A stretch of 64,000 nt of DNA from a bacterium (GTDB taxonomy: Bacteria > Patescibacteriota > Microgenomatia > UBA8517), in contig JAKAJP010000013.1 of assembly GCA_021824915.1 (NCBI GenBank), forward strand, positions 1,733 through 65,732, read 5' to 3'. The number at the start of each line of letters is the position of its first letter. Position 1 is the first letter of the stretch. The translations under genes and the position numbers were made by a program. Positions 1-10,085 of this stretch are shown here, one piece after another. The notes below the pieces were generated by a model. The model was given only the letters and a program-made list of their open reading frames with translations, made no database searches and was not told the origin of the DNA.

Positions 1-74
1 GAGGTCGTGACTTCCACGCGGGCCATTTTTCATCCGCATGACTGGAGTGGAGTGGTTTTATCCCGCTTTTCCTC

Positions 75-103
75 TTGACAAGAGTTTTTAGCCTCAGTAG
101 AAT
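75..103 (+). promoter_or_regulatory. sigma70-type promoter for groES-groEL (-35 TTGACA 75-80, 17-nt spacer, -10 TAGAAT 98-103)
   Basis: Read directly from the sequence: consensus -35, near-consensus -10 and 17-nt spacing, about 27 nt upstream of the groES ATG. The -35 is embedded in the 12-mer TCCTCTTGACAA, which also occurs at the hrcA and 40584 promoters. Confidence 0.5.
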
Positions 104-128
104 AGCACTCAGTTACCTTAATTGCTAA
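102..128 (+). promoter_or_regulatory. degenerate CIRCE-like inverted repeat (aTAGCACTC-N9-aAtTGCTAA)
   Basis: Matches the HrcA operator consensus TTAGCACTC-N9-GAGTGCTAA at 8/9 and 7/9 positions with an exact 9-nt spacer. It lies between the promoter and the groES start codon, and hrcA is encoded in this window. Confidence 0.35.
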
Positions 129-129
129 A

Positions 130-426
130 ATGGTAAAACTTAAACTTAAACCAACCGCGGGCTATCTTCTGATTGAACCACTTGAAGCGGAAACAAAAAC
201 CGCCGGAGGAATTTATTTACCGGATACCGCCTCCGAAAAGCCTCAAAAAGGAAAAGTTTTGGCAATCGGAGCCCCAGAAATAACCGAGAAGGGCATTAAA
301 AAATCTTCTCCAGTAAAAGCTAACGATATTGTTATTTATAAAAAATGGGGAGGAAATGAAGTTAAGATCGCCGGACGCGAATATTTGTTTGTTAAATTTG
401 ACGATGTATTGGCTGTAGAAGCGTAA
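130..426 (+). CDS. groES: co-chaperonin GroES (10 kDa chaperonin)
   Basis: 98-aa product with a typical GroES sequence (mobile-loop region, IYLPDTA, VKFDDVL end), immediately upstream of groEL. Confidence 0.95.
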   Translation: MVKLKLKPTAGYLLIEPLEAETKTAGGIYLPDTASEKPQKGKVLAIGAPEITEKGIKKSSPVKANDIVIYKKWGGNEVKIAGREYLFVKFDDVLAVEA

Positions 427-447
427 CACATCGGTTATTCTGTATAT

Positions 448-2067
448 ATGGCAAAACAACTAAAGTTTGGAAAAGAAGCAAGACAATCGCTTCTTAAAGG
501 AATTGATACCGTTGCCAAGGCGGTGGTTACGACACTAGGTCCTAAAGGACGAAACATTGCTCTTGATAAAAAGTGGGGAGCTCCAAGTATTGTTCACGAC
601 GGTGTATCTGTTGCTAAAGAAATTGACCTTCCCGACGCCTTTGAAAACATGGGTGCTCAACTTGTGAAAGAGGCCGCGAGTAAAACCAGCGATAATGCTG
701 GCGATGGAACTACCACCTCTACACTTCTGGCGCAAGTTATGACTCAAGATGGCATGAAGAAGATTGATGCTGGTGCAAACCCCATGATTGTTAAAAAGGG
801 AATGGAAAAGGCAGTGGAAGTTGTTGTTACAGAACTTAAGAAAATGGCGAAGCCAATTAAGAACAAATCTGAAATCTCTCAAGTCGCGACGGTTTCTGCT
901 GGAGATGAAGTAATCGGAGGAAAAATTGCAGAAGCACTCGATAAGGTTGGGCGCGACGGAGTTGTAACGGTTGAAGAAGGAAAAGGTCTAACCATAGATA
1001 TTGAATATAAAGAGGGGATGGAATTTGATCGAGGGTATGCCTCGGCGTATTTTGTTACCAATCCGGACAGGATGGAAGCCGAAATTGAAAACCCCTACAT
1101 ACTTTTGACAGATAAAAAGGTTTCTTCCATTCAAGACCTACTTCCTTTCTTGGAAAAATTTGTAAAGGTCAGTAAAAATTTAGTGATTATTGCTGATGAA
1201 ATCGAGGGAGAAGCTCTTGCCACACTTGTAGTTAATAGGCTTAAGGGAACAATAAATATTTTAGCCATAAAAGCTCCGGGTTTCGGCGACAGGCGTAAAG
1301 AGATGCTTGAAGACATCGCGGTTCTAACGGGCGGAACTGTGATTAGTGAAGATACCGGCCGAACTTTTGAATCGATTGATGTGGCTGATCTGGGTACGGC
1401 AGACAAAGTTTGGACGGATAAAGATAACACCAGAATTATTGGTGGCAAAGGTGATAAGAAAGCAATTGCTGATAGGGTTGAGGCTATCAAAAAACAAATC
1501 AAGGTAAGCGACTCCGATTTTGATAAAGAAAAATTTGAGGAAAGACTTGCTAAACTCTCTGGGGGCGTGGCGGTCATAAATGTTGGGGCTGCAACGGAGG
1601 TTGAAATGAACGACAAGAAAGAAAGAGTCAAGGACGCAGTGGGAGCGACAAAGGCAGCAATTGAGGAAGGAATTGTCCCCGGAGGAGAAACGGCGCTCTT
1701 GAGAGCCAGAGAAGCTACGAAAAAAGTTAAGGTCGAAAAGGGAGATGAAAAAATAGGGGTAGATATTATTTATGCAGCTCTCGAAGAACCCATTAAGTGG
1801 CTTGCTAAAAATGCCGGAGATGATGAGGTTTTGGTGTTAAAGAAAGTTTTAGCGTCCAAAGATTTTGACTTTGGTTATAACGCTTTGACGGGAGATTTTG
1901 GTTCGATGACCAAGATGGGAATAATCGATCCTGTAAAAGTAACCAGAAGCGCGCTTCAAAATGCCGCGAGCGTTGCTGAAATGGTTTTGACTACAGAGGG
2001 GCTTGTGACCGATATCCCCGAACCAAAGAAAGAGCCGACAATGCCACCCGGGGGAATGGATTATTAA
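448..2067 (+). CDS. groEL: chaperonin GroEL (60 kDa chaperonin)
   Basis: 539-aa product with canonical GroEL motifs ([21 protein letters not shown]-terminal GGM-type tail). Confidence 0.97.
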   Translation: MAKQLKFGKEARQSLLKGIDTVAKAVVTTLGPKGRNIALDKKWGAPSIVHDGVSVAKEIDLPDAFENMGAQLVKEAASKTSDNAGDGTTTSTLLAQVMTQDGMKKIDAGANPMIVKKGMEKAVEVVVTELKKMAKPIKNKSEISQVATVSAGDEVIGGKIAEALDKVGRDGVVTVEEGKGLTIDIEYKEGMEFDRGYASAYFVTNPDRMEAEIENPYILLTDKKVSSIQDLLPFLEKFVKVSKNLVIIADEIEGEALATLVVNRLKGTINILAIKAPGFGDRRKEMLEDIAVLTGGTVISEDTGRTFESIDVADLGTADKVWTDKDNTRIIGGKGDKKAIADRVEAIKKQIKVSDSDFDKEKFEERLAKLSGGVAVINVGAATEVEMNDKKERVKDAVGATKAAIEEGIVPGGETALLRAREATKKVKVEKGDEKIGVDIIYAALEEPIKWLAKNAGDDEVLVLKKVLASKDFDFGYNALTGDFGSMTKMGIIDPVKVTRSALQNAASVAEMVLTTEGLVTDIPEPKKEPTMPPGGMDY

Positions 2068-2081
2068 GATATAATTACTTC

Positions 2082-2675
2082 ATGTGGCGTGAAGCCGAAG
2101 ATTTTCTCCTAAAAGATAAACATATTGGCCCTTTAGTTAAAAAGTGGGGGCATTGCACAATTAAATTTAGGCCACACAAGGATTACTTTGAACATATTTG
2201 TGGCAACATCATTGGTCAGCAATTATCCGGCAAGGTTGCGGATGTAATTGAGGAAAGATTCAAAAAAGCCGTTGGGAAGGTTACCCCGGAAAATGTGTTG
2301 AAAACTCCCGATCAAAAGCTTCGCGATTGTGGGATGAGCTGGGGAAAGGTCTCCTTTCTTAAGGACCTAGCTCTGAAAACTAAGACTGGACAGCTAGAAA
2401 CTAAAAAACTAGCAGATCTTTCGGACGAAGAGGCAATAGAAGAGCTTGTGGCGGTAAAAGGTATAGGCCGATGGACGGCTGAAATGTTTTTAATGTTTTC
2501 TTTGGCCCGTCCGGATGTTTTCCCGGTTGATGATTTGGGGATCAGAAAAGGTTTTGAAAAAGTGACAGAGCAAAAGTTTGATAAAGTCAATTCCGCAAAA
2601 TTTGCTCAAGGACATTGGGCTCCTTTCCGGACCGTGGCTTCGTGGTACCTTTGGCGAAGTCTTGAAAACCAGTAG
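2082..2675 (+). CDS. HhH-GPD superfamily DNA glycosylase (AlkA/3-methyladenine DNA glycosylase II-like)
   Basis: Helix-hairpin-helix Gly/Pro-rich loop followed by a catalytic Asp (VKGIGRWTAEMFLMF...VFPVDDLGIRKG). Confidence 0.7.
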   Translation: MWREAEDFLLKDKHIGPLVKKWGHCTIKFRPHKDYFEHICGNIIGQQLSGKVADVIEERFKKAVGKVTPENVLKTPDQKLRDCGMSWGKVSFLKDLALKTKTGQLETKKLADLSDEEAIEELVAVKGIGRWTAEMFLMFSLARPDVFPVDDLGIRKGFEKVTEQKFDKVNSAKFAQGHWAPFRTVASWYLWRSLENQ

Positions 2676-2677
2676 TA

Positions 2678-3121
2678 ATGTGCTACATTAGCCTCATGGC
2701 AGAGAGAAAAGAAACCATGGAAAAGTTCGGAGTCATTTTTGCTATTTGGGATGGAAAGAGTATTCAGTTGGAAAAAAGGCTTAAACTTGGTAGTAAATTC
2801 TTTGGTCTAACAATTGTTCCGGGTGGCGGTGTGGAAACGGGTGAAACATATCAGATGGCGATGAAGCGTGAAGTTTCGGAAGAATATGGCGTCAAGGCGA
2901 CAGAGTTTGAACCGATCGGGGTGGTTCGTGACGTCGAGGAGGGTGGAATTATGAATATAAGGCATGTGTTTTTAGTTACAAAATGGGAGGGGCGGTTGTC
3001 AAATCCGGAAAGAGTTAAAAGTAAGCACTTAAAAGCCACCATAGAAGAGGCTAGGGTCTTATGCACACACCCCATTTCCCAAAGAATACTAAATTTAGTT
3101 GAGGTAAACCTTAAAGGCTAG
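2678..3121 (+). CDS. NUDIX hydrolase
   Basis: Nudix box G-x5-E-x7-REVxEExGV present (GGGVETGETYQMAMKREVSEEYGV). The true start may be at a downstream Met. Confidence 0.7.
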   Translation: MCYISLMAERKETMEKFGVIFAIWDGKSIQLEKRLKLGSKFFGLTIVPGGGVETGETYQMAMKREVSEEYGVKATEFEPIGVVRDVEEGGIMNIRHVFLVTKWEGRLSNPERVKSKHLKATIEEARVLCTHPISQRILNLVEVNLKG

Positions 3122-3812
3122 CCAAGTTACTTGGGGCAATGTAATTTAGAGGATTTTGTGGCAAACCAAAAATACGGACCTCGAGGTGTAAGTGGGGGCC
3201 TGTTGTATGTCCGGTAACACCAACAAGACCTATAGTTGTATTTAGATTTACTTTATCTCCTTCCTTAACATTAATTTTTGAAAGATGAGCATATCTTGTA
3301 GTCATACCATGGCCGTGCTCGATCAAAATTGTCTTTCCATAGCCGTCATTTTCATAGCCGGCTTGAATTACGACACCGTCCTTCATGGGTTTGACTGGGT
3401 CACCAATACTGGCCCCCAAGTCAACTCCGGGATGGAAGAAGCTAAATCCCTGATTAAGTCTAAAGCGGGCAAGAGGGTTTTGGACGCTCTTCTCGGTTGT
3501 TAGCGTGTTTTGAACCTGGATAACGGGTTCATCAGTTGCGCCTTGGGCCAGAACGCTATTTTGAGGGACAAGAGAGGTGGCGATTACCACAAACGTGAAG
3601 CTTCCCCCAAGCACTTTCTTTATGTTTTTATGCTCAAAAATGTGCCTAAAGTAGCGACTTAAGAGGTTTCCTTTTCGATATTTTTTCTTAACATCAGCCA
3701 CGCTCGGCACCAAAGCCTCGTCAAATATTGATTTTCGCTTCTTCACCGCACGAAAGTGCAAAAGTAAGCGATACCTAGGCAGCTCGATTGCTAGTTTTTG
3801 CATATGTCCCAA
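3111..3812 (-). CDS. M23 family (LytM-type) metallopeptidase, membrane-anchored
   Basis: An HxxxD motif (HPGVDL) and an HxH motif (GPHLHLEV), with the intervening GYGKTILIEHGHGMTTRYAHL block characteristic of peptidase M23, plus an N-terminal TM segment. Confidence 0.8.
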   Translation of the reverse strand: MGHMQKLAIELPRYRLLLHFRAVKKRKSIFDEALVPSVADVKKKYRKGNLLSRYFRHIFEHKNIKKVLGGSFTFVVIATSLVPQNSVLAQGATDEPVIQVQNTLTTEKSVQNPLARFRLNQGFSFFHPGVDLGASIGDPVKPMKDGVVIQAGYENDGYGKTILIEHGHGMTTRYAHLSKINVKEGDKVNLNTTIGLVGVTGHTTGPHLHLEVRIFGLPQNPLNYIAPSNLASL

Positions 3813-3828
3813 GCTTGGCTTGGGCCAG

Positions 3829-3851
3829 AAAAAATCCCGCCTGAAGCGGGA
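3829..3851 (-). terminator. rho-independent terminator candidate for the 5131..3903 minus-strand gene pair
   Basis: On the minus strand: hairpin CCCGC-TTCAG-GCGGG (plus-strand 3837-3851), followed by a T6 run (plus-strand A-run 3830-3835), about 50 nt downstream of the 3903 stop. Confidence 0.5.
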
Positions 3852-3902
3852 CGAGCCGCAATTTTAGCCTATGAAAAGCAGAAAAGTCAAATTTCGGCGA
3901 AG

Positions 3903-4313
3903 TTAAAAGCTTATCTTGAAGTCTATGCCGGGCGGTTGAAGAGGGGCCTGAGTAACATCTAAATTCGTAATCTGGTCCTTAATTTTGCCCAAGGTCATCT
4001 GGATTTGTTGTAGTTGGTCCGGTGTGGAGGGAACGGAAGTTGCCTGATTTTGTGATTGTGTAGGACTTGGTTTGGTTGTACTTATCGCCATTTGTCTTTT
4101 TCCAAAAATAAGGCCAAGGATTAAGATAAGAAAAATTGCGCCGGCCGCTCCGGTAACGGGCCAGAATATTTTTTTATTTTCATAAAATTTGGCAAACAAG
4201 TTCTTGATGGGGGTTGGAATTTTTTCAAGAAGTTTGCCGAATTTAGATGCCGGTACTATCGGCTCCGTGGGGGTTTGGGTTGGCTCCTGACTTATGGTTT
4301 GATCTTCAATCAT
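3903..4313 (-). CDS. hypothetical membrane protein (single TM; Ser/Thr/Pro/Gln-rich tail)
   Basis: ORF with a central hydrophobic helix (WPVTGAAGAIFLILILGLIFG). Its start overlaps the upstream gene stop (ATGA), so it is probably translationally coupled. No recognisable domain. Confidence 0.45.
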   Translation of the reverse strand: MIEDQTISQEPTQTPTEPIVPASKFGKLLEKIPTPIKNLFAKFYENKKIFWPVTGAAGAIFLILILGLIFGKRQMAISTTKPSPTQSQNQATSVPSTPDQLQQIQMTLGKIKDQITNLDVTQAPLQPPGIDFKISF

Positions 4314-5131
4314 TTTGTTTGGTTTTGGATGGAGGTGGTCACTTCCACCAAAAATCTGTTAAGTTGGCTAAGCAAATCAATCGAGGAGTTTAAGGGGTCG
4401 ATGCTTGCATTAAATGTGCTTGTTGGTTGTATATAATTTTGGTCATACATTTTTTGGATAGACTTTCTTGCCTTGTCCTCGTTTTGGTTAAGTTCCTGGA
4501 TCACGCTTTCTATATCAGTAAACCATCGGTTGAACGGGTTAATGTCATATTTTCCAGCCGCCACATCTTGATCAATTATAGATCTTAGATTTTTGTAAAT
4601 ATCCTCTTGGGCTGTCCTAAGACCCTGTTCGGTTCCCAGACTAACATAAAAAAGAGCCTCGTAGGAGATGGGGGATGTATTTGTTTTGTATCTACTTTCT
4701 GATTCACTTGACTTGCCAAACAGGTTTTCAAGAGGGTCGTTATCCAGATAGTTTTTTTCATGGTCTTGGTACCAGGCGACCTCAGCATCAATTTTTCCAA
4801 AAATATTATTTTTATCATCACTGTCTAGGCCTTGAGTTTCTACAATCTTCATCCGCAAGGCCGTGAGATAGACTTTCATTAATTCGTCCCGGTTTCGTAG
4901 CATTGTGAGTGTTTTCTTTCGCGCATCCTCCTTAAGGGTCAGGGTTGGGTTTTTAAGATAGAAATCGCGGGCATCTTGGTAATCCGCAAAAGACTGGTTA
5001 TATACGCTTAGTGTGTATTGATAATCCTGGTAAGCTTTCGCAAAGTCAAAAGTTTGGGCATGGGCAAGTTGAATTGATATGCCAGACAGGGCAATGAGTA
5101 AGATAATTATGATTAAGGCAGTTTTTCGCAT
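4310..5131 (-). CDS. hypothetical secreted alpha-helical protein (signal peptide MRKTALIIIILLIALSGISIQLAHA)
   Basis: The ORF track extends to 5194, which would overlap the tRNA-Cys gene. The Met at 5131 begins a canonical signal peptide, so I take that as the start. No known domain recognised. Confidence 0.45.
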   Translation of the reverse strand: MRKTALIIIILLIALSGISIQLAHAQTFDFAKAYQDYQYTLSVYNQSFADYQDARDFYLKNPTLTLKEDARKKTLTMLRNRDELMKVYLTALRMKIVETQGLDSDDKNNIFGKIDAEVAWYQDHEKNYLDNDPLENLFGKSSESESRYKTNTSPISYEALFYVSLGTEQGLRTAQEDIYKNLRSIIDQDVAAGKYDINPFNRWFTDIESVIQELNQNEDKARKSIQKMYDQNYIQPTSTFNASIDPLNSSIDLLSQLNRFLVEVTTSIQNQTK

Positions 5132-5137
5132 CTTAGA

Positions 5138-5209
5138 GGCCAGAGCGGGAATCGAACCCGCGCATGGCGGTTTTGCAGACCGCAGCGTTTCCACTTCGCC
5201 ATCTGGCCG
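5138..5209 (-). tRNA. tRNA-Cys (anticodon GCA)
   Basis: Reverse complement reads GGCCAGA-TG-GCG...CGC-T-GCGGT-CUGCAAA-ACCGC-CATG-GCGGG-TTCGATT-CCCGC-TCTGGCC-T. It has a 7-bp acceptor stem, U33, anticodon GCA, A37 and a T-loop TTCGATT. CCA is not encoded. Confidence 0.8.
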
Positions 5210-5251
5210 GACTCGATCCTATTTTAACATTACCCTGCTTTGCCGTAAAAT

Positions 5252-6172
5252 GTGCTACACTCGTCGCGTTATAGTATGAAGGTTCTTAGAACGATTTTAA
5301 TCTCTGTTGCCCTGGTTGTCCTGATTTCGGGGTCGGCCCTCTTTCTGATAGGTATTTTGCGCCCTAAACCGGCGGGTATTAGCGTTCAAACATCCATTCC
5401 GACCGCCGTCTATATCGATGGAAATTTTGTTGGTAGGAGCCCATTGGACATTTCTTTTAAGTCCGAGGATGTCGATCTAAAACTGGTTCCTTTGGATACT
5501 AGTAAAAACTATTTCCCTTTTGAGACTAGAGTTATGCTTACGGGAGGGGTAAAGACAATTGTTAGAAGGAATTTTGCCGAAACGTTGGAAGAATCTTCAG
5601 GCGAAATTGTTTCTTTTGATAAAGATACGGTTGGGACGGCATCGCTTGTAGTGATTTCAATTCCGGAAAATGCGCAAGTTAATGTTGACGCGATTTCTAA
5701 AGGCTTTTCTCCGGTAAAGACACCAATTTCCCCGGGCAATCATCAGTTGATAGTAAAATCACCCGGCTACTCAGACAGGTCTTTATCTATAAATGCTGTT
5801 TCGGGTTATAAATTAACGGTTTCAGTACAACTTGCAAAACTTGCCGTTACACCCCAGGCGTCTCCTACCCCGACACCGAAGGTTCAAGTTTTTGTTGAAA
5901 TTTTACAAACACCGACTGGGTACTTGCGGGTGCGGACGCAGCCCGGGACAAATGGGAATGAAATAGATCAGGTCAAACCGGGGAGTAAGTATTTACTACT
6001 GAGCGAGGATGCGGTAACCCATTGGTACAAAATCCAACTGGAGCCACCCGCACCGGGTTTACCCGAAGGTAGAACTGGTTGGATATCAAACGATTTTGCC
6101 AAGAAAGTTGACCAGAGCGATAATCCAATTGCCACTCCGTCGGCCACCCCATTAAGTTTGCCTACACCCTAA
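5252..6172 (+). CDS. secreted or membrane-anchored protein with PEGA-type beta domains and a C-terminal SH3b-like domain
   Basis: N-terminal TM or signal sequence, two PEGA-like segments (AVYIDGNFVGRSPL; AQVNVDAISKGFSPVKTPISPGNHQLIVKSPGYSD) and an SH3_3-like end (GYLRVRTQPGTNGNEIDQVKPGSKYLLL...WYKIQL). Confidence 0.55.
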   Translation: MLHSSRYSMKVLRTILISVALVVLISGSALFLIGILRPKPAGISVQTSIPTAVYIDGNFVGRSPLDISFKSEDVDLKLVPLDTSKNYFPFETRVMLTGGVKTIVRRNFAETLEESSGEIVSFDKDTVGTASLVVISIPENAQVNVDAISKGFSPVKTPISPGNHQLIVKSPGYSDRSLSINAVSGYKLTVSVQLAKLAVTPQASPTPTPKVQVFVEILQTPTGYLRVRTQPGTNGNEIDQVKPGSKYLLLSEDAVTHWYKIQLEPPAPGLPEGRTGWISNDFAKKVDQSDNPIATPSATPLSLPTP

Positions 6173-7140
6173 ATGCCGGCAGTGGATGCGCCGCTATAAA
6201 TAACCCAGAATACTATGACTAACCACAAGAAGATGGCAAAAAGAAGTGCGCCATCAGTTAGGAGGACTTTTTCAGGGGCTTCAGATTCACCTTCAAAAAT
6301 GAGGCTTTCGTAGCGCATAATTCCATAGATAACAACAGGAATTGTAAGCATTAAAAGCTTATCTATTGTTGTGGTCTTACTTAGCTCGGCTAAAAGTAGC
6401 CAAAGTGGGAGAGACGCCTTCGGGCTTTCGAAGAATGTGAAGAGCGACCAGCTCATCCATGCCGCATTTCCAAACATAGTTACATAGGAGTTTAGGAGCT
6501 CTCTTTTATATTTCATCAGGCTTTCACGGGTCACCCCGCTCCCGATACGTAAAATATTAAGTTCGGCTCTCCTTTTTCCTGAGGCCAAGAAAAGAGCGAC
6601 GGAGATAACACAGAGTAGAAACCACACAGATAAGTGTGCGTTGATCACAAAAGCTCCGGCATAGATTCGCATAATAAACCCGGAAGCAATTATAAGGATA
6701 TCCAGAGTCGGAACTTTTTTAAGACCGAGGCTGTAGAGGATTTGTATAACCAGGTAACCAAAAACGATTAAGAAAAATATCGAATTCAAACTTGCGCTTA
6801 ATACAAGTGAGGTGGTTGCCAAAACAATCGCCTCAATCATTGCCAGCCAAACCGGTAGAGCTCCGGAAGCAATTGGACGGTACTTTTTAATCGGATGGAG
6901 TCTGTCAAGTTTTGCATCGAGAATGTCATTTATGATGTAGGCCGCCGAGGTAATTAGATTGAAAGCAATAAATCCCCAAACCACGGCGGCAAACATTCCC
7001 TTTTCAAATAAAAGTCCAGAGAGAAGAATTGCGGCGAAGAGAGAAAGATTTTTAACCCAATGAACAGGTCTAGCGACTGTTATCATCGCGATGAAGATCG
7101 AATTTCTTAGCTTCTGTTTTTGGGTTGGTACGTTAGCCAC
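6169..7140 (-). CDS. UbiA-family prenyltransferase, decaprenyl-phosphate phosphoribosyltransferase (DPPR synthase, Rv3806c-like)
   Basis: Multi-TM protein with the UbiA motif NDILDAKLDRLHPIKKYRPIASG (NDxxDxxxD...RPIAxG), which closely resembles the DPPR synthase signature. Confidence 0.65.
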   Translation of the reverse strand: MANVPTQKQKLRNSIFIAMITVARPVHWVKNLSLFAAILLSGLLFEKGMFAAVVWGFIAFNLITSAAYIINDILDAKLDRLHPIKKYRPIASGALPVWLAMIEAIVLATTSLVLSASLNSIFFLIVFGYLVIQILYSLGLKKVPTLDILIIASGFIMRIYAGAFVINAHLSVWFLLCVISVALFLASGKRRAELNILRIGSGVTRESLMKYKRELLNSYVTMFGNAAWMSWSLFTFFESPKASLPLWLLLAELSKTTTIDKLLMLTIPVVIYGIMRYESLIFEGESEAPEKVLLTDGALLFAIFLWLVIVFWVIYSGASTAGI

Positions 7141-8183
7141 AAGATTAAACCTCCGAGAGCGAAAGCTACACCGATCATTGTATAAACTTTGGCTCCTGTA
7201 TTCAAATTAAGTGCCAATATTCCCATTAATGCCGTAACTATCCAATAAAATATGGCAACTTGGTTTTTGGTTAAACCTGACTTAAGGAGTTTATGATGTA
7301 AATGACCCGCATCTCCCCAGACAGGGGATTTTCCGGCCAAAACCCTTCTGATTATTGTATACCCGGTATCAATTAATGGAACACTTAAGACAACAATTAA
7401 AGTACCGACTTTTGTTGTCGAAAGTATGGAAAGGACTGCTAGTAAGTATCCAGCGAGAGTTCCTCCACCATAACCCGGCATTATTTTTTGTGGGAAGATG
7501 TGCCAAGGTAAAAATCCGAGGTATGCTCCGGCCGTTATTCCTGCCAAAATTATGACCGGCCACTGAGTAATATCAGCAGAAAACTTTAGAGAGAGGGCCG
7601 CAATAGTTAAACCGGATATTACCGCAACACCACTAAGTTGTCCGTCGACACCTTTTGCACCCATGTTTATCACATTCATTAGAAAGGTTATCCAGACAAG
7701 GGCAAAGAGATCGCTTAAAATCCAGATGCTGTGATGAGTACCAAAAAGAGAAAAATTTATCTGCGGCTGGCTCAAATTGATTATTCCCCCCAAAGGACTG
7801 CTTATAAAAGCAATTCCAATTCCACCTAAAATCGGGGCCGCGGCAGCAACGAAACCCAACATGAGTCTAAGGTATGGATTTAAGTTGTATTTATCATCAA
7901 GGAAACCCATGATGGTTAATATCAACGCTCCAATTAAGATTCCTGCCACAGGTTTGTCCAAAGGTAAAAAAATTAACGAGGAAGTAAGAAGGGCGATAAA
8001 TATTGGGATTCCGCCACCACGCGGGGTCGGATATGTATGAATTACTTTGGGCGCTTTATGTTTTTTGGGGTAGTCAACTATCCCCAGTTTTTTTGCAAAC
8101 TTAATAACAACAGGTGTTATTGCAAAAGAAACGATGGCCCCGATCAATAAAGGTAGAAACAGAAGATTTTTAAATTGATCCAT
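7107..8183 (-). CDS. glycosyltransferase family 4 polyprenyl-phosphate sugar-1-phosphate transferase (WecA/MraY family)
   Basis: About 10 TM helices with the MraY/WecA-type FLDDKYNL motif and a cytoplasmic-loop HIFPQKIMPGYGGGTLAGY block. Overlaps the DPPR-synthase-like gene by 34 nt. Confidence 0.65.
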   Translation of the reverse strand: MDQFKNLLFLPLLIGAIVSFAITPVVIKFAKKLGIVDYPKKHKAPKVIHTYPTPRGGGIPIFIALLTSSLIFLPLDKPVAGILIGALILTIMGFLDDKYNLNPYLRLMLGFVAAAAPILGGIGIAFISSPLGGIINLSQPQINFSLFGTHHSIWILSDLFALVWITFLMNVINMGAKGVDGQLSGVAVISGLTIAALSLKFSADITQWPVIILAGITAGAYLGFLPWHIFPQKIMPGYGGGTLAGYLLAVLSILSTTKVGTLIVVLSVPLIDTGYTIIRRVLAGKSPVWGDAGHLHHKLLKSGLTKNQVAIFYWIVTALMGILALNLNTGAKVYTMIGVAFALGGLILWLTYQPKNRS

Positions 8184-8186
8184 GAT

Positions 8187-8588
8187 TTAGAAAAAGCCGA
8201 CGAGGGTAATTATTTTGACCAAGGTTATAGCAATCAAAAGTGTTGCAAAGAGCGATGAAAGAATTAATATTTTTTTGACAAAGACGTCCTTAAAAACAAA
8301 ACTTAGCAGGGTGTTGAAGCATGTTATCGAAAGAGCCGCTGCTGGGGCAATTAGAAATCCGGTAATAGTGGTTAGCTCTGCCTCTCCCACCGGTTTTCCG
8401 TAAAAAAGAGGTAGTTTTGGCGGCAGGTTTCCCCGAAGGACTAAAATTCCCACAGCCAAGGTTATTGATGTGGCGGCGGAGATGTAAATGCTTTCTTTTA
8501 AGGGAGTTTCCTCCCAAAGCGATCTAAGTTTACTGTTTAGCGGCATTTCCCGAATTGTACACCTTTGAAAATATTTCAGCGTTACCAA
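8187..8588 (-). CDS. hypothetical small multi-TM membrane protein
   Basis: ORF in an operon with glycosyltransferases, with four predicted hydrophobic helices. The start is probably at an internal Met, since it overlaps the upstream gene. Confidence 0.35.
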   Translation of the reverse strand: MVTLKYFQRCTIREMPLNSKLRSLWEETPLKESIYISAATSITLAVGILVLRGNLPPKLPLFYGKPVGEAELTTITGFLIAPAAALSITCFNTLLSFVFKDVFVKKILILSSLFATLLIAITLVKIITLVGFF

Positions 8589-10053
8589 CCTGCATAACCA
8601 AGATGTAGTTTTCTTTTATAAGATCTGAAATCTGTGGAATAGACATCGCTGATGTAACGATGATGAATTTGGGCGGATTTTTGGTAAGTTCGGCCGCGAT
8701 GTTGTTCACGCTTGAGTAGTCGTTAACGTGATAGGGGACAACAAATTTAACCCCCGGAAGCCTTCTGGCAAGTGCATAAACGGTCGGAGAATCGGGATCC
8801 CACATAAAAACCCGCTGGTTGGGAGTACTTGATTTAGTAAGAAAGTCTGCAATTTCATAATTTCTTGGTGTTGTCATGGAAAACTCTGAAAAATATTGCA
8901 TCTTAGTGATCTTTCCCGTAGCGAAGTTTATAAACCTCAAATAATAGGGAGTTATTGGATATAGCCAGAACTTGTAGTAAAAGGGGACGAAGAAGGCCAA
9001 AGTCAGGGGAATTATCGAAAAGACCTGCTCGATTGATTTATCTGTGAAGAGAGTTGCTAAAAGAAGTGATATTGGGGCGACCCCCTGTAAAAAGTAATGA
9101 GGATAAGGTCGTTCCGAGAGTGTAATTGCAAAAAGCACGAAAAGTACCCAGCAACACATAAATATAAAATTTTTGCTGATCTTTTTGCGGGCTAAGGTAA
9201 TTACTATTAAACCCGCCAGTACAATTAGACCCCTAATAAGGAGTGGCGCATTTCTCTCCAAGAATGGCTTTTGGACATCCCCAGGTCGATAACTACTTAG
9301 GTACCCAATGTTTTGCAGAAATGCAGCTTTTATATAAGCAGCCAAATCACCTTGAAAATAAAACCAAGCGAGGGAAATCGCGATCGGGATTAAAAATCCT
9401 ACTACCACAAAGAACGAATCTCTTATTAATGTTTTGATCTTTCCTTTTTCGAACTCGGAGGTAATTAGCCAGTAAACCATAATGACCGGCAATTCAAACG
9501 CCGCTGGAACTTTGTACAAGGTTGCTATCCCAAATAAAACCCCCGAAAGTAATAAATTTATAACTTTTTTACTCTTTGTTAAGAGTATATAGAAAGCAAA
9601 GAGGGTCGGAAGCATCATAAATCCCTCTGCGTTTGCCGTTCCACCCTCAAGGAGTGGAAGAGTTGTGAGGAGGGCAAAAGTGATTGTCGCTATTTTTTGG
9701 AACTTGGAATTTTTGGCAAATAATGATTCGGCAATCCTATATAAAATTACAATCGAAATAATGTCGGATAGCGCGAGCGCAGCTTTGAACCAGAACAGAC
9801 TTCCCGCAGCCGCGGCCGTTAGGTAGAGAAGAGGTGGTTTATTGTCATATATTCCGGAATAGAGATGGATTCCCTGTCTGACACCTTGTCCAAGTGTCAG
9901 GTAGATCATTTCATCACCGTAATTGTATGGTTCGAAAAAAGTCGGAATTCTTAAAATTAAAACTAAGGCCAAAACTCCAATGAGCCAGTTGGGCAAATCG
10001 GGGAGATGTAATACATCACCAATTTTATGGAGAGTATTCCAGAAAGACTTCAT
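8530..10053 (-). CDS. GT-C fold membrane glycosyltransferase (ArnT/PMT, GT39/GT83-like)
   Basis: 507-aa product with many TM helices, an N-terminal DE motif loop (YNYGDEMIYLTLGQ) typical of polyprenyl-phosphate-sugar dependent GT-C enzymes, and a soluble C-terminal domain. Confidence 0.55.
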   Translation of the reverse strand: MKSFWNTLHKIGDVLHLPDLPNWLIGVLALVLILRIPTFFEPYNYGDEMIYLTLGQGVRQGIHLYSGIYDNKPPLLYLTAAAAGSLFWFKAALALSDIISIVILYRIAESLFAKNSKFQKIATITFALLTTLPLLEGGTANAEGFMMLPTLFAFYILLTKSKKVINLLLSGVLFGIATLYKVPAAFELPVIMVYWLITSEFEKGKIKTLIRDSFFVVVGFLIPIAISLAWFYFQGDLAAYIKAAFLQNIGYLSSYRPGDVQKPFLERNAPLLIRGLIVLAGLIVITLARKKISKNFIFMCCWVLFVLFAITLSERPYPHYFLQGVAPISLLLATLFTDKSIEQVFSIIPLTLAFFVPFYYKFWLYPITPYYLRFINFATGKITKMQYFSEFSMTTPRNYEIADFLTKSSTPNQRVFMWDPDSPTVYALARRLPGVKFVVPYHVNDYSSVNNIAAELTKNPPKFIIVTSAMSIPQISDLIKENYILVMQVGNAEIFSKVYNSGNAAKQ

Positions 10054-10085
10054 GGCAGTATCAGTTTAGGATATAATCAGCACAT

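Noticed and set aside
1-60. Possible 5' end of a minus-strand gene running off the window start (ATG at complement of about 36-38)
   Set aside because: It gives too few codons to evaluate and has no supporting signal.
535-1631. Antisense ORFs (115, 60 and 166 aa) inside groEL
   Set aside because: They overlap a near-certain highly conserved gene on the opposite strand and have a low-complexity Ser/Thr/Leu composition typical of shadow ORFs.
4310-5194. Full-length 294-aa ORF as given in the track
   Set aside because: Its first 21 codons would overlap the tRNA-Cys gene. The internal Met at 5131 begins a canonical signal peptide, so I called the shorter start.
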